DNA from: Lepidodermella squamata
Lineage: Eukaryota; Animalia; Gastrotricha
Direction: 5' to 3'
DNA: 64,000 bases
Assembly: GCA_047495785.1 (NCBI GenBank)
Contig: JBLDXI010000024.1
Location: 4,712,001-4,776,000, forward strand
Shown: piece by piece, positions 62,434 to 64,000 of the stretch
Numbering within the stretch: position 1 is the stretch's first letter
Layout: each line of letters starts with the position of its first letter
Made by a program: the position numbers and the translations under genes
The notes under the pieces: generated by a model
The model's database searches: none
The model's input: the letters and a program-made list of their open reading frames with translations, nothing else
Told to the model about the DNA's origin: nothing

Positions 62434-64000
62434 ATGCCAGTGTCAGCTATGATTACAAAGAATCGCGTGATTATCCTTGTAAGTCTGATATCTTTCCACA
62501 ATGGCATCCATGGTCAAGTAATCAGAAGTTCTCTGAATGAACCTCCGACCCCGGACCGTCGTTGTGTTATACCGAGGGTTGGTAATGGCAACCTTCTCAT
62601 GAGGACGCGTGATGCGGCTCCTTTAGTGGTGATACCAGGCGAGTCAGTTCAAGCCGGCCGTTATCTCGACCTACGATGTGACGGCAGTCGTACGCCATTC
62701 GGTGCAGCCAGATCGCTGTGTCTCGTGAGTGGGAGATGGAGACCACCACTGGGTACTTGCAACCCGGGTGGCAGAATCGATGACGACTATGATGTTTCAA
62801 ATCTGAAGAAGCCAGTGACTACCACGAAGACGACAGCAAAACCTATAACGACCACACAGAATAAAATAGGAAAGTCTACGCCAGATTATTACGACTATGC
62901 AGACGATAGAGCACTTAAGACGTCATCTGCTCCTACCACAAAACGGCCGTTGACCATACGAACGACCTTGAAAACAACCACAGTAGTAGAATACTATTAC
63001 GAGGATGAGACAACTGTCAAAACGACCCGTGCGCCTATTCGAAGTTCAAATTTAAGCACGGTTTGTGTACCTATAGATCTAGTTATACCTACTATCTTGT
63101 CTAAGGTCAAAATGATAACTTACTAAGCATTTTTTAAGAATTCAGCCAAAACTTAGTTAGCAAGTTTCAGAAACTGGTATGAAATTATTGTTTTCCTCTC
63201 AACTTTTAAGACGGCGAAAAAACCGTCAACAGCAGCCTCGAACGATTATTACGACTATTACGATAGCGACAAGATCAAACCTACCCCTCGCCCGCTACCT
63301 AGACCTGACCGCGTAACCAACAACTCAGTAAAACTTTGCCTTCTACCTTTCGCGTCGCTAATAATAATCCTGCTTCTAGGTAAATTGGGATTTGGCACCA
63401 CCAAGCGAATGTGGAGAGGCAACGGTATCTAATGTGATGCCATGGCTAACTAGGCTAGAGGTTTTTTACGATTCTATTTCATCGACCCGTTGCACCGGGG
63501 TACTGATCGACTCCAACTGGGTCCTTACGTCATCTCGATGCTTAAACGATGCTTCTCGCATTCAAGGGTTAGAAATTTGATGTCAGTCTATTATGGCTTA
63601 TTTCTCGATATTACAGAATTTTAGTTCAACTTGGCCAAAATGACTTTACCAATGGAAATTCATTTGGCGGTCAACAGCGGATAAGTGATGAGTTCTTCAT
63701 TCACCCTGCAGCTAGATCAGCGAGAGGGCCTTTGGATGTGTCGAACGCTGTTGCCCTTCTCAGGCTTAAACTGCCAGTAACTGTTTCTTCAACCGTTCGA
63801 CCGATTTGCCTCCCTGATCCAGCAAGTGAGAGATACGCCACGGATTTTGCTGGAGCAAAAGGCAATGGCGACTGCTCGACCGTGGGAACTGCTGGTTGGC
63901 CATCATCCTCGCCACAACGACTCGTCCTTCGTGATTTGACCAGCAGTTTCGGCAACACTTGCCGGCCTAGTGATGCTGCGCCGCCGTCTTCGCCCGTTTT
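62434..64000 (+). CDS. Sushi/CCP plus mucin plus trypsin-like serine protease homolog (non-catalytic), truncated by the window end
   Basis: Signal peptide, CCP module and Thr/DYYD linker. Protease motifs PW..CTGVLIDSNWVLTSSRC, NAVALLRL and VRPICLP. Confidence 0.8.

Noticed and set aside
1-64000. CRISPR arrays or prokaryotic systems
   Set aside because: The sequence is spliceosomal-intron-rich animal DNA, and no repeat-spacer arrays were seen.

Overview
Eukaryotic, invertebrate-animal genomic DNA with compact genes, many 46-65 nt GT-AG introns and AT-rich longer introns. From left to right: four tandem LITAF-domain genes, a foldback MITE, a Cys-loop ion channel gene and six sushi/CCP-mucin genes. 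Next is a transposon-rich stretch (CACTA-like element with a nested LINE and MITE, plus a piggyBac MITE) that interrupts an unannotated Cys-rich gene. Then comes a tightly packed + strand run: class-1-like semaphorin, SHQ1, CDK11, a spliced non-coding snoRNA host segment, GMPPB and two GH27 glycosidases. The window ends with a Ly6/three-finger gene and a CCP-plus-pseudoprotease gene. Main highlights: (1) a hidden intronic snoRNA cluster with three SNORA13/snR35-like guides for the 18S m1acp3-pseudouridine site, about 11 kb downstream of the H/ACA assembly factor SHQ1; (2) duplicated alternative last exons of GMPPB; (3) a tandem GH27 pair showing the GLA (E/L) versus NAGA (S/A) specificity switch; (4) gene spacing suggestive of trans-spliced operons; (5) a retropepsin-like ORF nested in an intron. 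All gene models were spliced by eye, and family assignments come from recalled motifs, not database searches.
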